A DNA stretch of 32,000 bases. Origin: Vulcanisaeta distributa DSM 14429. Lineage in GTDB: Archaea > Thermoproteota > Thermoprotei > Thermoproteales > Thermocladiaceae. A program made the position numbers and the translations under genes. The stretch spans positions 1,410,001 through 1,442,000 of the forward strand of contig NC_014537.1 in the NCBI RefSeq assembly GCF_000148385.1, read 5' to 3'. A model generated the notes under the pieces. That model worked only from the letters and a program-made list of their open reading frames with translations. It was not told the origin of the DNA and searched no databases. Numbering within the stretch: position 1 is the first letter of the stretch; each line of letters starts with the position of its first letter. Shown here piece after piece: positions 1 to 7,487 of this stretch.

Positions 1-476
1 TGGAGGGCTTTGACGTAGCCAGGACATTGATCGGCGCTGCGGCCCTTGGGACTGCCCGTTGGATGCTTGAGCAGGGCAGGGAATGGATTAAGAACAGGGT
101 TGTCTTTGGTAAGCCAATCTCCTCATACCAATCAATAAGCTTTAGATATGCCGAATTAAGTACTAGGCTTGAGGCTGCCAGGCTCATGGTCTATAGAGCC
201 GCCTGGCTCGCAGATAAGTTCTATAGGGGTGATTCCTCGGTCTCAATACTCGACGTGGCAAATGCTGGTGCCATGGCTAAAATGCTTGCCGTTGAATTGG
301 CAATAGACGTGGGCCTAGAGGTCATGAAGTGGTTTGGCGGCGTTAGTTACTTCAAGGAGACCCCGATAGCTAGGGCGTTCCTAGGAGCCTTGAGCTATTA
401 CGTAGGTGCAGAGGGAACGCAAAACATAATGAGACTAATAATAGCCAGAAACCTAATAGGAAGGGAGGTAGAGTGA
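1..476 (+). CDS. acyl-CoA dehydrogenase, C-terminal part (5' end outside window)
   Basis: The reading frame is open to the window start (frame 3: EGFDVARTLIGAAALGTARWMLEQGREWIKNRVVFGKPI...YVGAEGTQNIMRLIIARNL). The pattern matches the C-terminal helical domain of the acyl-CoA dehydrogenase family. Confidence 0.85.
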   Translation, partial: EGFDVARTLIGAAALGTARWMLEQGREWIKNRVVFGKPISSYQSISFRYAELSTRLEAARLMVYRAAWLADKFYRGDSSVSILDVANAGAMAKMLAVELAIDVGLEVMKWFGGVSYFKETPIARAFLGALSYYVGAEGTQNIMRLIIARNLIGREVE

Positions 477-529
477 ACTTTTCGGTATGTGAGAATAGTT
501 TTTAAAGCATAACGTATCCTCTCATCAAT

Positions 530-700
530 ATGAGTCAACAAGCAGGAGCGCAAGGCGTAACACCACATACCGCTTACATACTTTCATTAATAGGTAGTAT
601 ACTGATGGTAATAAGCTCGATCATAGTTCTGGTGGGTGCAGGGATACTAATGTCGCTACCTCACTTTATGCATTTCATAGGCTTGGTTATTACCCAATAA
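530..700 (+). CDS. small hydrophobic protein, 56 aa (below the ORF-track length cutoff)
   Basis: ATG at 530 and TAA at 698-700. Translation is MSQQAGAQGVTPHTAYILSLIGSILMVISSIIVLVGAGILMSLPHFMHFIGLVITQ. A TATA-like TTTTTAAAG sits at 499-507, about 25 nt upstream. The stop overlaps the next ATG (TAATG). Confidence 0.35.
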   Translation: MSQQAGAQGVTPHTAYILSLIGSILMVISSIIVLVGAGILMSLPHFMHFIGLVITQ

Positions 701-945
701 TGCCCATGATGCCATTGGCACCATTTTTCTTAATCGTCGTAGGTATAATTGGTCTCGTAGTAAGCATATTGGCTATATACTTCTCCCTAAGACTTGGTAG
801 GTTAAGTGACGTAAATGCCGTACATAGTACTGGTGTTGTGCTTTTAATACTGGCGATAATTGGTTTGTTCGTGGCGAATGGCTTCTTCATAGGTTTCATA
901 CTGCTCCTCATAGGCTCAATACTGGCTATTACGTGGAAACCATAA
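700..945 (+). CDS. small integral membrane protein, 81 aa
   Basis: Track ORF with about three hydrophobic helices (FFLIVVGIIGLVVSILAIYF, VVLLILAIIGLFVANGFFIGFILLLIGSILAI). It appears translationally coupled to the 530-700 sORF. Confidence 0.5.
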   Translation: MPMMPLAPFFLIVVGIIGLVVSILAIYFSLRLGRLSDVNAVHSTGVVLLILAIIGLFVANGFFIGFILLLIGSILAITWKP

Positions 946-1214
946 AATGCCTAAACGCAGATTTACTTAAGATGGTTAGCAAGGCCGTGATTAGGTATAT
1001 CGAGGAGTTATTAAATCCGTACTCCACCTACTACTCAGATGGTGTGTTGAATAGTGAGGGTATGACGTTATTAAGGATAATAGCTAGGGAGGTCCTTAGG
1101 GAATACCCGGCCTTAAAACCGAGGTTTGCTAAGGCTAGGCGTAGGAGGGATTATGAGTATGTATCGAGTCTACTTAATGAAGTAATTTCCTATCTCTCAC
1201 AGTATTCTCAATAA
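933..1214 (+). CDS. hypothetical protein
   Basis: Track ORF with a GTG start at 933 and an alternative ATG at 969. The composition is helical and basic (KPRFAKARRRRDYEY). No family recognised. Confidence 0.4.
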   Translation: METIKCLNADLLKMVSKAVIRYIEELLNPYSTYYSDGVLNSEGMTLLRIIAREVLREYPALKPRFAKARRRRDYEYVSSLLNEVISYLSQYSQ

Positions 1215-1362
1215 ATTTCATGGATCTTCGATATATCTCGCTTATTCTGAAATTACGGCCCTTAATGATTATCATGGTAATCAGCGCCATCAATAATATT
1301 GTGGCTAATATGCGCTTATAAATCATCACAATTCTTTTTAAACCATAACCACTCATACGCAC
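1174..1362 (-). CDS. possible small single-pass membrane protein
   Basis: 62-aa ORF with one hydrophobic helix (ILATILLMALITMIII). A GGGGGT Shine-Dalgarno-like string lies just upstream of the internal ATG at 1356, and an AT-rich TATA-like region lies further upstream. It overlaps the 3' end of 933-1214. Confidence 0.25.
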   Translation of the reverse strand: MRMSGYGLKRIVMIYKRILATILLMALITMIIIKGRNFRISEIYRRSMKFIENTVRDRKLLH

Positions 1363-1408
1363 CCCCTTTACCTTATTACGCTATACTTATATTTATCTCC
1401 GCATTTAA

Positions 1409-2926
1409 TTGGCCGTGCCTGAATTAACAACGGCACTTGGCATTGCTAAGAAGTGCTCATCATACGTAGACTTAATGGGCGGATCCGTCGCTGAGTATGA
1501 TTTCATAGAGTGGTTATTGAATCAGGTAGATAATCCGTTATTCTTCTATGAGTTACAGCCTGTCAGTGTCCTTGTCTGGAGGGATAGGTTTTCGAGGATC
1601 GTGTACGGTAATAACGAGTTTAAGGCGTTGAGTATGCCACTGACACTGGGCGGATCTGACAGAGGTAAGCTTACCATGGATATAAATGACTCAGAGGGTA
1701 AGGTGCTACTCGCGGATTTTCCTGAGGATATGGATGACGCGAAGTACATATACATAAAGGCGATGGAGAAGGGCGCCCTAGCGGTCATTTTTAGGGATAA
1801 GTACCCTGGCGTTGTTAGGAGAATTGTAGTCACAGCAACGCCCGACTACTCCTGGGATAGAGCGCCGCCGCCTGTTATGCCGGCATTGACCGTGTCTAAG
1901 GAGGTTGGTGATGAGCTAAGTAAGCATATTGGCGAGGAGGTGGAGTTTGTGAGTGATGTGGAGACGAAGTTAAGCACCGGCTATAACCTAATCATTAATC
2001 TAGAGGGTGATAAGGAGGAATCAGTAATCCTAGCCGTTCATCATGATCATTGGTTGACTGGATATGCAGATAACTGCTTAGGTGTTGGCTTGGGGGCATC
2101 AATTCTACTTAATACGATTAAGGAGAGGTCATCCATGAAGAGGGGCTTATCCTTCATTTCATTTACTGCCGAGGAGGCTGGTAATCCGGGGTTTGCGAGT
2201 CTTTATTGGGCTTATGGATCCACAAGGTACGTGGAGTATCTTGAAAGAAGAAACCTGCTTAATAGTGTGTATGCGGTGCTTAACCTGGACGTTGTTGGTA
2301 GGCAATACGTAATACATACGAGTGAGGATTTGTCAATGCAATTAAGCCAATTAGTCAGCACGCAGTGGGAGTTGCCCAAGCCCTACTTCGATTCCCTTAA
2401 TTTTGAAATGAATGGCATACCATCAATGACTCTATCAAGCCTCGATTATTACTGGGATGTGTATCACACGGATAAGGACGTTGAGGATAAGGCTAATCAG
2501 CAGGATGTTGACTCTGCCCTTAAGGTTGCGAACCAATTACTTAACTACTTATTAACCAGTGACTTAACCCCATCACCATATATATCAGTGCTAAATAGGG
2601 ACATAATAAGCGTGGGTCTCGGCATAGAGCTCAAGGAGGACTGGGAGACTTATAGGCTGGTTAAGTACCTGCTGTCTAAGTACTTGGTTGAGTATAGGCG
2701 TGATGGGTCTGTGAAGACCATATACACGAACTCGATATTATCCTACGTGAGAAGGTTCATAAACATTAATGACATAAGCCAGGTACCACTTAGGGTTGAG
2801 GAGATGGGTACTGGTAGGGTAATCATGGACACGAGTACCATAAGAAGTGTTAGGCAATTAAGTCAGTACATATCACAGGTAATAGAGTCGCTGGCTGAGG
2901 ACATGAGCATAAACCTAGCCGTTTAA
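1409..2926 (+). CDS. M28-family metallopeptidase (aminopeptidase-like, with PA-type insert)
   Basis: Zinc-ligand motifs typical of M28 are present: HHDHW, FTAEEAG, NLDVVG, YHTDKD. The start is ambiguous (TTG 1409, GTG 1415 or ATG 1475). Confidence 0.78.
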   Translation: MAVPELTTALGIAKKCSSYVDLMGGSVAEYDFIEWLLNQVDNPLFFYELQPVSVLVWRDRFSRIVYGNNEFKALSMPLTLGGSDRGKLTMDINDSEGKVLLADFPEDMDDAKYIYIKAMEKGALAVIFRDKYPGVVRRIVVTATPDYSWDRAPPPVMPALTVSKEVGDELSKHIGEEVEFVSDVETKLSTGYNLIINLEGDKEESVILAVHHDHWLTGYADNCLGVGLGASILLNTIKERSSMKRGLSFISFTAEEAGNPGFASLYWAYGSTRYVEYLERRNLLNSVYAVLNLDVVGRQYVIHTSEDLSMQLSQLVSTQWELPKPYFDSLNFEMNGIPSMTLSSLDYYWDVYHTDKDVEDKANQQDVDSALKVANQLLNYLLTSDLTPSPYISVLNRDIISVGLGIELKEDWETYRLVKYLLSKYLVEYRRDGSVKTIYTNSILSYVRRFININDISQVPLRVEEMGTGRVIMDTSTIRSVRQLSQYISQVIESLAEDMSINLAV

Positions 2927-3388
2927 TTCCCTGGTGCCTGTTCTATCTCTTATTAACGTACTAGATATCTTATTGCCGAATCCATCCTTAATTATCGGCA
3001 CGGCAATAATATACAACGGACGTAACCCCCTCTCCCTCCTAAGATTATTGATCTCAATCGCCCTCGGCAATGTCTCTAGGCTAACCACTATGGCGTCGAT
3101 TGTCGGATCAACAATCGTTGGGCCGTAAGGGTCGTTAATGACGTCGATTATCACGTCACGATCATTACCACCCAACTCCTTAATTAGGCTCCTTAGATTA
3201 AGAAGCCTAATCTTTAATGGCTTCACCTTATACGCCTTATAGGCCTGAGCAAACTCATCACTAGTTACGCCAACGAGCACCTTACGCCCATAGTTAAGCG
3301 CAGTAAATAGCAATGCTGTATGCCCCGTATGGAGCGTATCGAATGTTCCACCAACGGCAACCTTTCTCATGGACTTAGCCCGAAGCAT
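2915..3388 (-). CDS. archaeal-type phosphopantetheine adenylyltransferase (cytidylyltransferase-fold)
   Basis: VAVGGTFDTLHTGHTALL carries the (T/H)xGH nucleotidyltransferase motif. Size is about 150 aa. The start could be the second Met at 3370. Confidence 0.8.
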   Translation of the reverse strand: MLRAKSMRKVAVGGTFDTLHTGHTALLFTALNYGRKVLVGVTSDEFAQAYKAYKVKPLKIRLLNLRSLIKELGGNDRDVIIDVINDPYGPTIVDPTIDAIVVSLETLPRAIEINNLRRERGLRPLYIIAVPIIKDGFGNKISSTLIRDRTGTRELNG

Positions 3389-3558
3389 CCACGCAGGACC
3401 ATTCTATCTTCATTATGGGACTTTTTAATCCTTTAGTCATTATGATTGTTTAAGGAAGGATTTTTGTAAATTACACTTCACGTTAAGTGTTTATATCCAC
3501 CACTTCCTACCCATGAAAAGCAATAATGTGTATTACATAAATTCATACGACACATGTA

Positions 3559-3577
3559 TGGCATAATTAATATGCCA
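3559..3577. promoter_or_regulatory. 19-bp palindrome TGGCATA-ATTAA-TATGCCA in a long divergent intergenic region
   Basis: A perfect 7-bp inverted repeat with a 5-nt spacer lies in the centre of the 348-bp AT-rich spacer between the PPAT and AbrB-PhoU genes. Confidence 0.2.
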
Positions 3578-3736
3578 AGCAAATACTTAATAAAATCTTG
3601 AATTGTATCTCCATTGTATTTTGCATCTCATTGTTCAATTAGTTATTGGCTATATATTCAGTGGGTGTTGATATATATGGGGTAGAAAAATAATACTTGA
3701 GACTTAGGTTTTTATACCCGGTTATACCCTATATGA

Positions 3737-4726
3737 GTGTCATCAATATACAGGAGGGTTATTAGGATTGGTGAGAAGAGCATTGGGATTACACTGCCTA
3801 AGCGGTGGCTTGATGTATTGAGTGTTGGTGTTGGTGACGTTGTTGAGATAAGCCTTGTGGGTAAGGTAATCGTTGTAAAACCAGTCACGCAGGCTGGTGG
3901 TGAGACTAATGAAGTCAGCATATCGCTTGGCGGCTCAATTGATGAGACCACTAGGGTAATTATTGCCAGTTACATAGAGGGTTATGATAACGTGGAGGTC
4001 ATTGGACAGAAGGACATCATTAGGAGGGCGTTCTCAAGTGTTGAGAAGAAGTTACCTGGGTCACTCATGCTTGAGGGTGATGGTAGCGTACTGATTAAGG
4101 TCGCCACTAGCGAAACCAACGTTGATCTTAATGAGGTGATTAACAGTATGGCTAATATCCTGAACTCCATGTTTAGTAAATTCATTGATTACCTAGAATC
4201 AAATAAGGAGGATTTGTTAAAGGAGGTTCTTGAACTTGATGATCAAATGGATAAGCTGTACTTCCTTGCGTTAAGGACGATAAAGAAGTTATCCTTTAGG
4301 GACCCGAAGAGGGCTATTGACGACACAATTGTCGTGAAAAACCTGGAGCACGCAGCGGATGCCCTGGATAGGCTGTCTAACGCATTCATGAGGGTGCAGG
4401 CAACTCAGTGTAGGCGTGAGATAGGTGAGAAGCTTAAGGACGTGTGGACGTACATAATGAGGGCCGTATACTCATACCTAGATAACAACATCAATAATGC
4501 GTTGAAGGTGTTGCTCGATAGGGAGCGCATGCTCAATAACATGCTTGAGCTAGCTAACATGGGGTGTACGGGGCTAAGTGGGTTATTAACGGCCTCAATA
4601 CATGAAGGGCAGTTAATAGTTGCATTGGCGGCAGACATAGCGGAAGCAGCCTTTAGTAGGCATGTTAGGAGTATCGCGAAGCCTACGAAGATCATAACGG
4701 GTGAGGAGTTAAATAGTGAGGAGTAG
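3737..4726 (+). CDS. AbrB/SpoVT-domain plus PhoU-domain phosphate-uptake-regulator-like protein
   Basis: The N-terminus RVIRIGEKSIGITLPKRWLDVLSVGVGDVVEISL is a SpoVT/AbrB swapped-hairpin motif. The C-terminal 200 aa form helical PhoU-like repeats (DDQMDKLYFLALR..., LEHAADALDRL). GTG start. Confidence 0.8.
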   Translation: MSSIYRRVIRIGEKSIGITLPKRWLDVLSVGVGDVVEISLVGKVIVVKPVTQAGGETNEVSISLGGSIDETTRVIIASYIEGYDNVEVIGQKDIIRRAFSSVEKKLPGSLMLEGDGSVLIKVATSETNVDLNEVINSMANILNSMFSKFIDYLESNKEDLLKEVLELDDQMDKLYFLALRTIKKLSFRDPKRAIDDTIVVKNLEHAADALDRLSNAFMRVQATQCRREIGEKLKDVWTYIMRAVYSYLDNNINNALKVLLDRERMLNNMLELANMGCTGLSGLLTASIHEGQLIVALAADIAEAAFSRHVRSIAKPTKIITGEELNSEE

Positions 4727-4738
4727 ATTTAGGGTGTT

Positions 4739-4787
4739 GTGATGAGCACGTCGGTAGCTGACTAATGAGGATGGTCAGAGGTGCTGA
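4739..4787 (+). ncRNA. C/D-box sRNA (2'-O-methylation guide) candidate
   Basis: C box GTGATGA at 4739-4745, then a 12-nt spacer GCACGTCGGTAG. D' box CTGA at 4758-4761, then a 3-nt CTA loop. C' box ATGAGGA at 4765-4771, then a 12-nt spacer TGGTCAGAGGTG. D box CTGA at 4784-4787. Total length is 49 nt with symmetric 12/12 spacing. Confidence 0.6.
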
Positions 4788-5409
4788 TATACGTAGACTT
4801 CGAGACCTCGAACTACTTATTCAGGGCATACCAGGCTATAAATCTCCTAAGCTAAACCTTGAGCAGTACATAACTGATGCGAATATAGTTGCAGTGGCCA
4901 TCTGGGACGCATACATGAGAAATTACCTAACAAACGCGAGGGTGCTCGACCTCGGTTGTGGCACTGGTAGGTTCGCAATAGCCGCGGCACTCATGGGCGC
5001 TAGGCAGGTAATATGCGTAGACATAGACCCTGAAGCCCTAACCATAGCTAAGGAGTCAGCCAGCGAATACGGCCTAAACAACGTTGATTTCGTCACAAAT
5101 GACGTCAGGAACATGGCTATTACGGGCAAATTCAACGTGATATTCCAAAACCCACCCTTCGGAATACAGTCAGAGAGAGGCCTTGATGTGAAGTTCCTAA
5201 CCACAGCAATAAACCACAGCAACATAATATACACAATACATAAACTAAGCACCCTAGACTACATAAACAACAAAGTCAACTCACTGGGATGCGCAATGAA
5301 CGTGCTAGATAAAGTAACAATAACAATACCACTCATGTACAAACACCACAGAAAAAGAAAATACAAAACCGAGGCATTCCTCGCACGAATAGAATGCCCA
5401 GGAAGGTAA
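4765..5409 (+). CDS. SAM-dependent methyltransferase, METTL5/COG2263-like (N6-adenine RNA methylase family)
   Basis: SAM motif VLDLGCGTGRFAIAAA, an acidic loop VDID, and the catalytic NPPF motif (FQNPPFG). An N-terminal LEQY string is typical of this family. The start may be ATG 4771 rather than 4765. Confidence 0.75.
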   Translation: MRMVRGADIRRLRDLELLIQGIPGYKSPKLNLEQYITDANIVAVAIWDAYMRNYLTNARVLDLGCGTGRFAIAAALMGARQVICVDIDPEALTIAKESASEYGLNNVDFVTNDVRNMAITGKFNVIFQNPPFGIQSERGLDVKFLTTAINHSNIIYTIHKLSTLDYINNKVNSLGCAMNVLDKVTITIPLMYKHHRKRKYKTEAFLARIECPGR

Positions 5410-5427
5410 CAAATTGCATTCAATCGC

Positions 5428-6597
5428 TTATAACTCTATTCCAGCAATACGCTTCAACTTACTCCATTTATCGAAGTTCAATACTTCAAGTGTATTAAAT
5501 AATACGGTAATTAAAGGCGGTATGGCATCAATCATCATTTTCGCCAATTTAATTGCGTTCTTACCCCTAATCTGTATTTGAACTTCGTTCTTTGTATTAA
5601 TTATTTTCCAATTAATTCCAAGCTCCTTTAGCCTATTGAGTATATCTTCCCATTTCTTAAATTCATCAGCACCAATCGATAACCTAATCATAGGTCTAAC
5701 AGAACCATTACCACGTCTCTCAAACGTAATATCACCATCGCCAAATACAATCGTGATCATGAACCTTAAAAATTGTATTTTACTAAATTTTCTAATAATA
5801 CTAAAAGCCATGTATTTATTTGAGAAATGTTCAAGGGCGATTAGGTGCAACATAATTGTCACATCATCCTTATTAATATTAACAGCGTCAATCCGTAGAT
5901 GATGCTCACTAGGATATAACAAGCACCAAAGCACTATTTGCCAAATACGTGACGTGCTCATACTCGGCTTACCATTATGGATGCCCTCATCAGTTATTGA
6001 AAACCCTAATCTTAATGGTTCTAATGTCTCCTTATATTCTTCATCATCTATGGCCTCCTTAAATACACTAGGTATTACTTCCTTAAAGCCTTTTAATCCC
6101 TTGAGTATTAATTGTGCTACAATTTTATTCTTATTGCCTATTCTATTAGCCTTTAATTCTATATGCTCTTCATAAATATATGCTGATAATGTATTCTTTC
6201 CTTTACTTACTATTACCTTCACCTTACCATTTTCTAAGTCATTAATTAACTCTTTAATCTCTTTACCAATAACAACCCAATATGCCTTTAATTCCCTATT
6301 AATATGATTTAATAACGTATTAAGAACTTCCCTAACAATTTTAATTAACTCTTTAGGATACTTATTCTCAGATTGTTTTAGCTCTTTATTAGCGACTTCT
6401 ATAATTTTTATATAAGTATTATCAACCCATTGTGTATCCCAAATCCTTTGATAAATTAAACGTTTAAGCACTTCATTTAATATTTCAATAACTTCATGCC
6501 TAATATTCTCATCAATTATACGTTCTTTTGGTAAGCACTTCTTACCTCGTCTACACTTACCCCAATATATTTCAATTAGCTCTGAAACTTTAACCAT
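5428..6597 (-). CDS. orphan protein with C-terminal LAGLIDADG-like homing-endonuclease fold (two degenerate motifs)
   Basis: 389-aa ORF in a very AT-rich segment. Motif-like strings are PLRLGFSITDEG (aa 194-205) and FLRFMITIVFGDGD (aa 276-289). The second is followed by WEDILNRLKELGINWKIINTKNEVQIQIRGKNAIKLAKMM, a typical LAGLIDADG domain layout. The N-terminal 190 aa are helical and K/E-rich with no recognised family. Confidence 0.55.
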   Translation of the reverse strand: MVKVSELIEIYWGKCRRGKKCLPKERIIDENIRHEVIEILNEVLKRLIYQRIWDTQWVDNTYIKIIEVANKELKQSENKYPKELIKIVREVLNTLLNHINRELKAYWVVIGKEIKELINDLENGKVKVIVSKGKNTLSAYIYEEHIELKANRIGNKNKIVAQLILKGLKGFKEVIPSVFKEAIDDEEYKETLEPLRLGFSITDEGIHNGKPSMSTSRIWQIVLWCLLYPSEHHLRIDAVNINKDDVTIMLHLIALEHFSNKYMAFSIIRKFSKIQFLRFMITIVFGDGDITFERRGNGSVRPMIRLSIGADEFKKWEDILNRLKELGINWKIINTKNEVQIQIRGKNAIKLAKMMIDAIPPLITVLFNTLEVLNFDKWSKLKRIAGIEL

Positions 6598-6727
6598 TAA
6601 TTCTCATTAATTATCTTATCTATTTGATTAATAAATTACTTTCAGAACCAGAGTGGAAAGTAATTTAATAATAATACATGAGAATCAGATTCTATACGGA
6701 ATAGACGGGTCATTAACAAATAAAAGC

Positions 6728-6738
6728 TTAAAAATTAA
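6728..6738 (+). promoter_or_regulatory. TATA-like box upstream of tRNA-Leu
   Basis: TTAAAAATTAA lies 19-29 nt upstream of tRNA position 1. Confidence 0.3.
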
Positions 6739-6756
6739 CAAAAATACATCAATCCT

Positions 6757-6865
6757 GCGGGGGTGCCCGAGCCAGGTCAAAGGGGACGGGCTCAGATGTG
6801 CGTTTTGCACATGGGAATCCCGTTGGCGAAGGCCTGCGTGGGTTCGAATCCCACCCCCCGCACCA
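6757..6865 (+). tRNA. tRNA-Leu(CAG), class II, with a 21-nt intron and genomically encoded CCA
   Basis: Acceptor stem GCGGGGG/CCCCCGC. Anticodon stem ACGGG/CCCGT with anticodon CAG at 6793-6795. A 14-nt variable arm (GGC-GAAG-GCC stem). T arm GTGGG-TTCGAAT-CCCAC. Discriminator A followed by CCA at 6863-6865. Confidence 0.93.
6797..6817 (+). other. tRNA intron at canonical 37/38 position with hBHBh' motif
   Basis: Central 4-bp helix pairs 6791-6794 (CTCA) with 6812-6815 (TGGG). It is flanked by 3-nt bulges GAT (6795-6797) and AAT (6816-6818). The inner hairpin is GTGC-GTTTT-GCAC. The splice sites fall after the second bulge nucleotide on each side. Confidence 0.85.
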
Positions 6866-6922
6866 GAAACTGAATCTCTGACTTGGTTTTGAGTGGCGTA
6901 TTTCTTAAATGAGACTGGGTAA

Positions 6923-7306
6923 TTATTGGTTTGGTATTTTGGATTTGGATGACGCTGGCGGGGTTTGCTGATAGTTGATGAGCCTCACCTTTACGGAGAC
7001 CCTTTCAAGGTGATGTGTCTTTTCGGGGAGCTGAGCTTTGATGATCAATCCCGTCGCTGAATTAACCATTACATAACCTGACCACGTGTTTATTCCTAGT
7101 AATTTCACTTTTTCGGTCATGACCATGGTATAATTAATACCATCGTCACTGTAGTTCTCCATAATCTTCGGATTCACGGTATTATTAATACTATTTACCA
7201 CCTTGTACTTTTCATTATGGTTTATGTTGCTTAATTGATGAATCAATATCACAGCTATTACTAGTAACGATGCAATTATTAACACAGCAATTATTTTAAA
7301 ATCCAT
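6923..7306 (-). CDS. hypothetical N-terminally membrane-anchored/secreted protein
   Basis: 127-aa ORF with an N-terminal hydrophobic helix IIAVLIIASLLVIAVILI. A TATA-like TATTTAAGT lies about 25-33 nt upstream. AT-rich composition. Confidence 0.5.
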   Translation of the reverse strand: MDFKIIAVLIIASLLVIAVILIHQLSNINHNEKYKVVNSINNTVNPKIMENYSDDGINYTMVMTEKVKLLGINTWSGYVMVNSATGLIIKAQLPEKTHHLERVSVKVRLINYQQTPPASSKSKIPNQ

Positions 7307-7410
7307 AGTTTTTACCCAATATGCACTTACTTAAATAACCAACGTATCGTAATGACAAGCCCTGCAACTACCTGAGTAAGGCTTATTTATCACATTGCTT
7401 TTAGAGCAAT

Positions 7411-7487
7411 GGTTCCCCGCGCCGATAAGACCCGCGGAATCGCGGGCCCGTGAGTCAGTATCCGTCGGGTCATGGGGCTCCCCCAGC
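7411..7487. ncRNA. GC-rich structured element, candidate ncRNA of unknown class
   Basis: About 77 nt at roughly 70% G+C by hand count, inside a 185-nt AT-rich spacer. It contains a perfect hairpin CCCGCG-GAAT-CGCGGG plus the possible pairings CCCG/CGGG and CCCC/GGGG. An adjacent hairpin CATTGC-TTTTAGA-GCAATG lies at 7393-7411. Confidence 0.3.

Noticed and set aside
2021-2044. Minus-strand ATGATGA followed 13 nt later by CTGA (C/D-like half-unit) inside the M28 peptidase gene. A similar GTGATGA occurs at 1323-1329 (minus) and 1908-1914 (plus).
   Set aside because: No matching C'/D second half lies at proper spacing. All three sites are inside coding sequence, where the strings are explained by codons (for example HHDH and GDE).
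6653-6892. 79-aa plus-strand ORF from the six-frame track
   Set aside because: It runs straight through the tRNA-Leu gene, whose GC-rich sequence keeps the frame open. It has no independent coding evidence.
7371-7386. CTGAGTAAGGCTTAT, resembling the RNase P RNA CR-V motif (..RAAnnnGGCUUA)
   Set aside because: No CR-I-like GAGGAAAGUCC or other conserved RNase P element lies nearby on either strand. The surrounding sequence is AT-rich and unstructured, so the match is probably chance.
7411-7425. GGTTCCCCGCGCC, reminiscent of the tRNA-Leu 3' end (GGTTC...CCCCGCACC), considered as a possible att-site remnant
   Set aside because: Only two short blocks (5 and 6 nt) match and the T-loop is missing. 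This is far below what an integration-site duplication would show.
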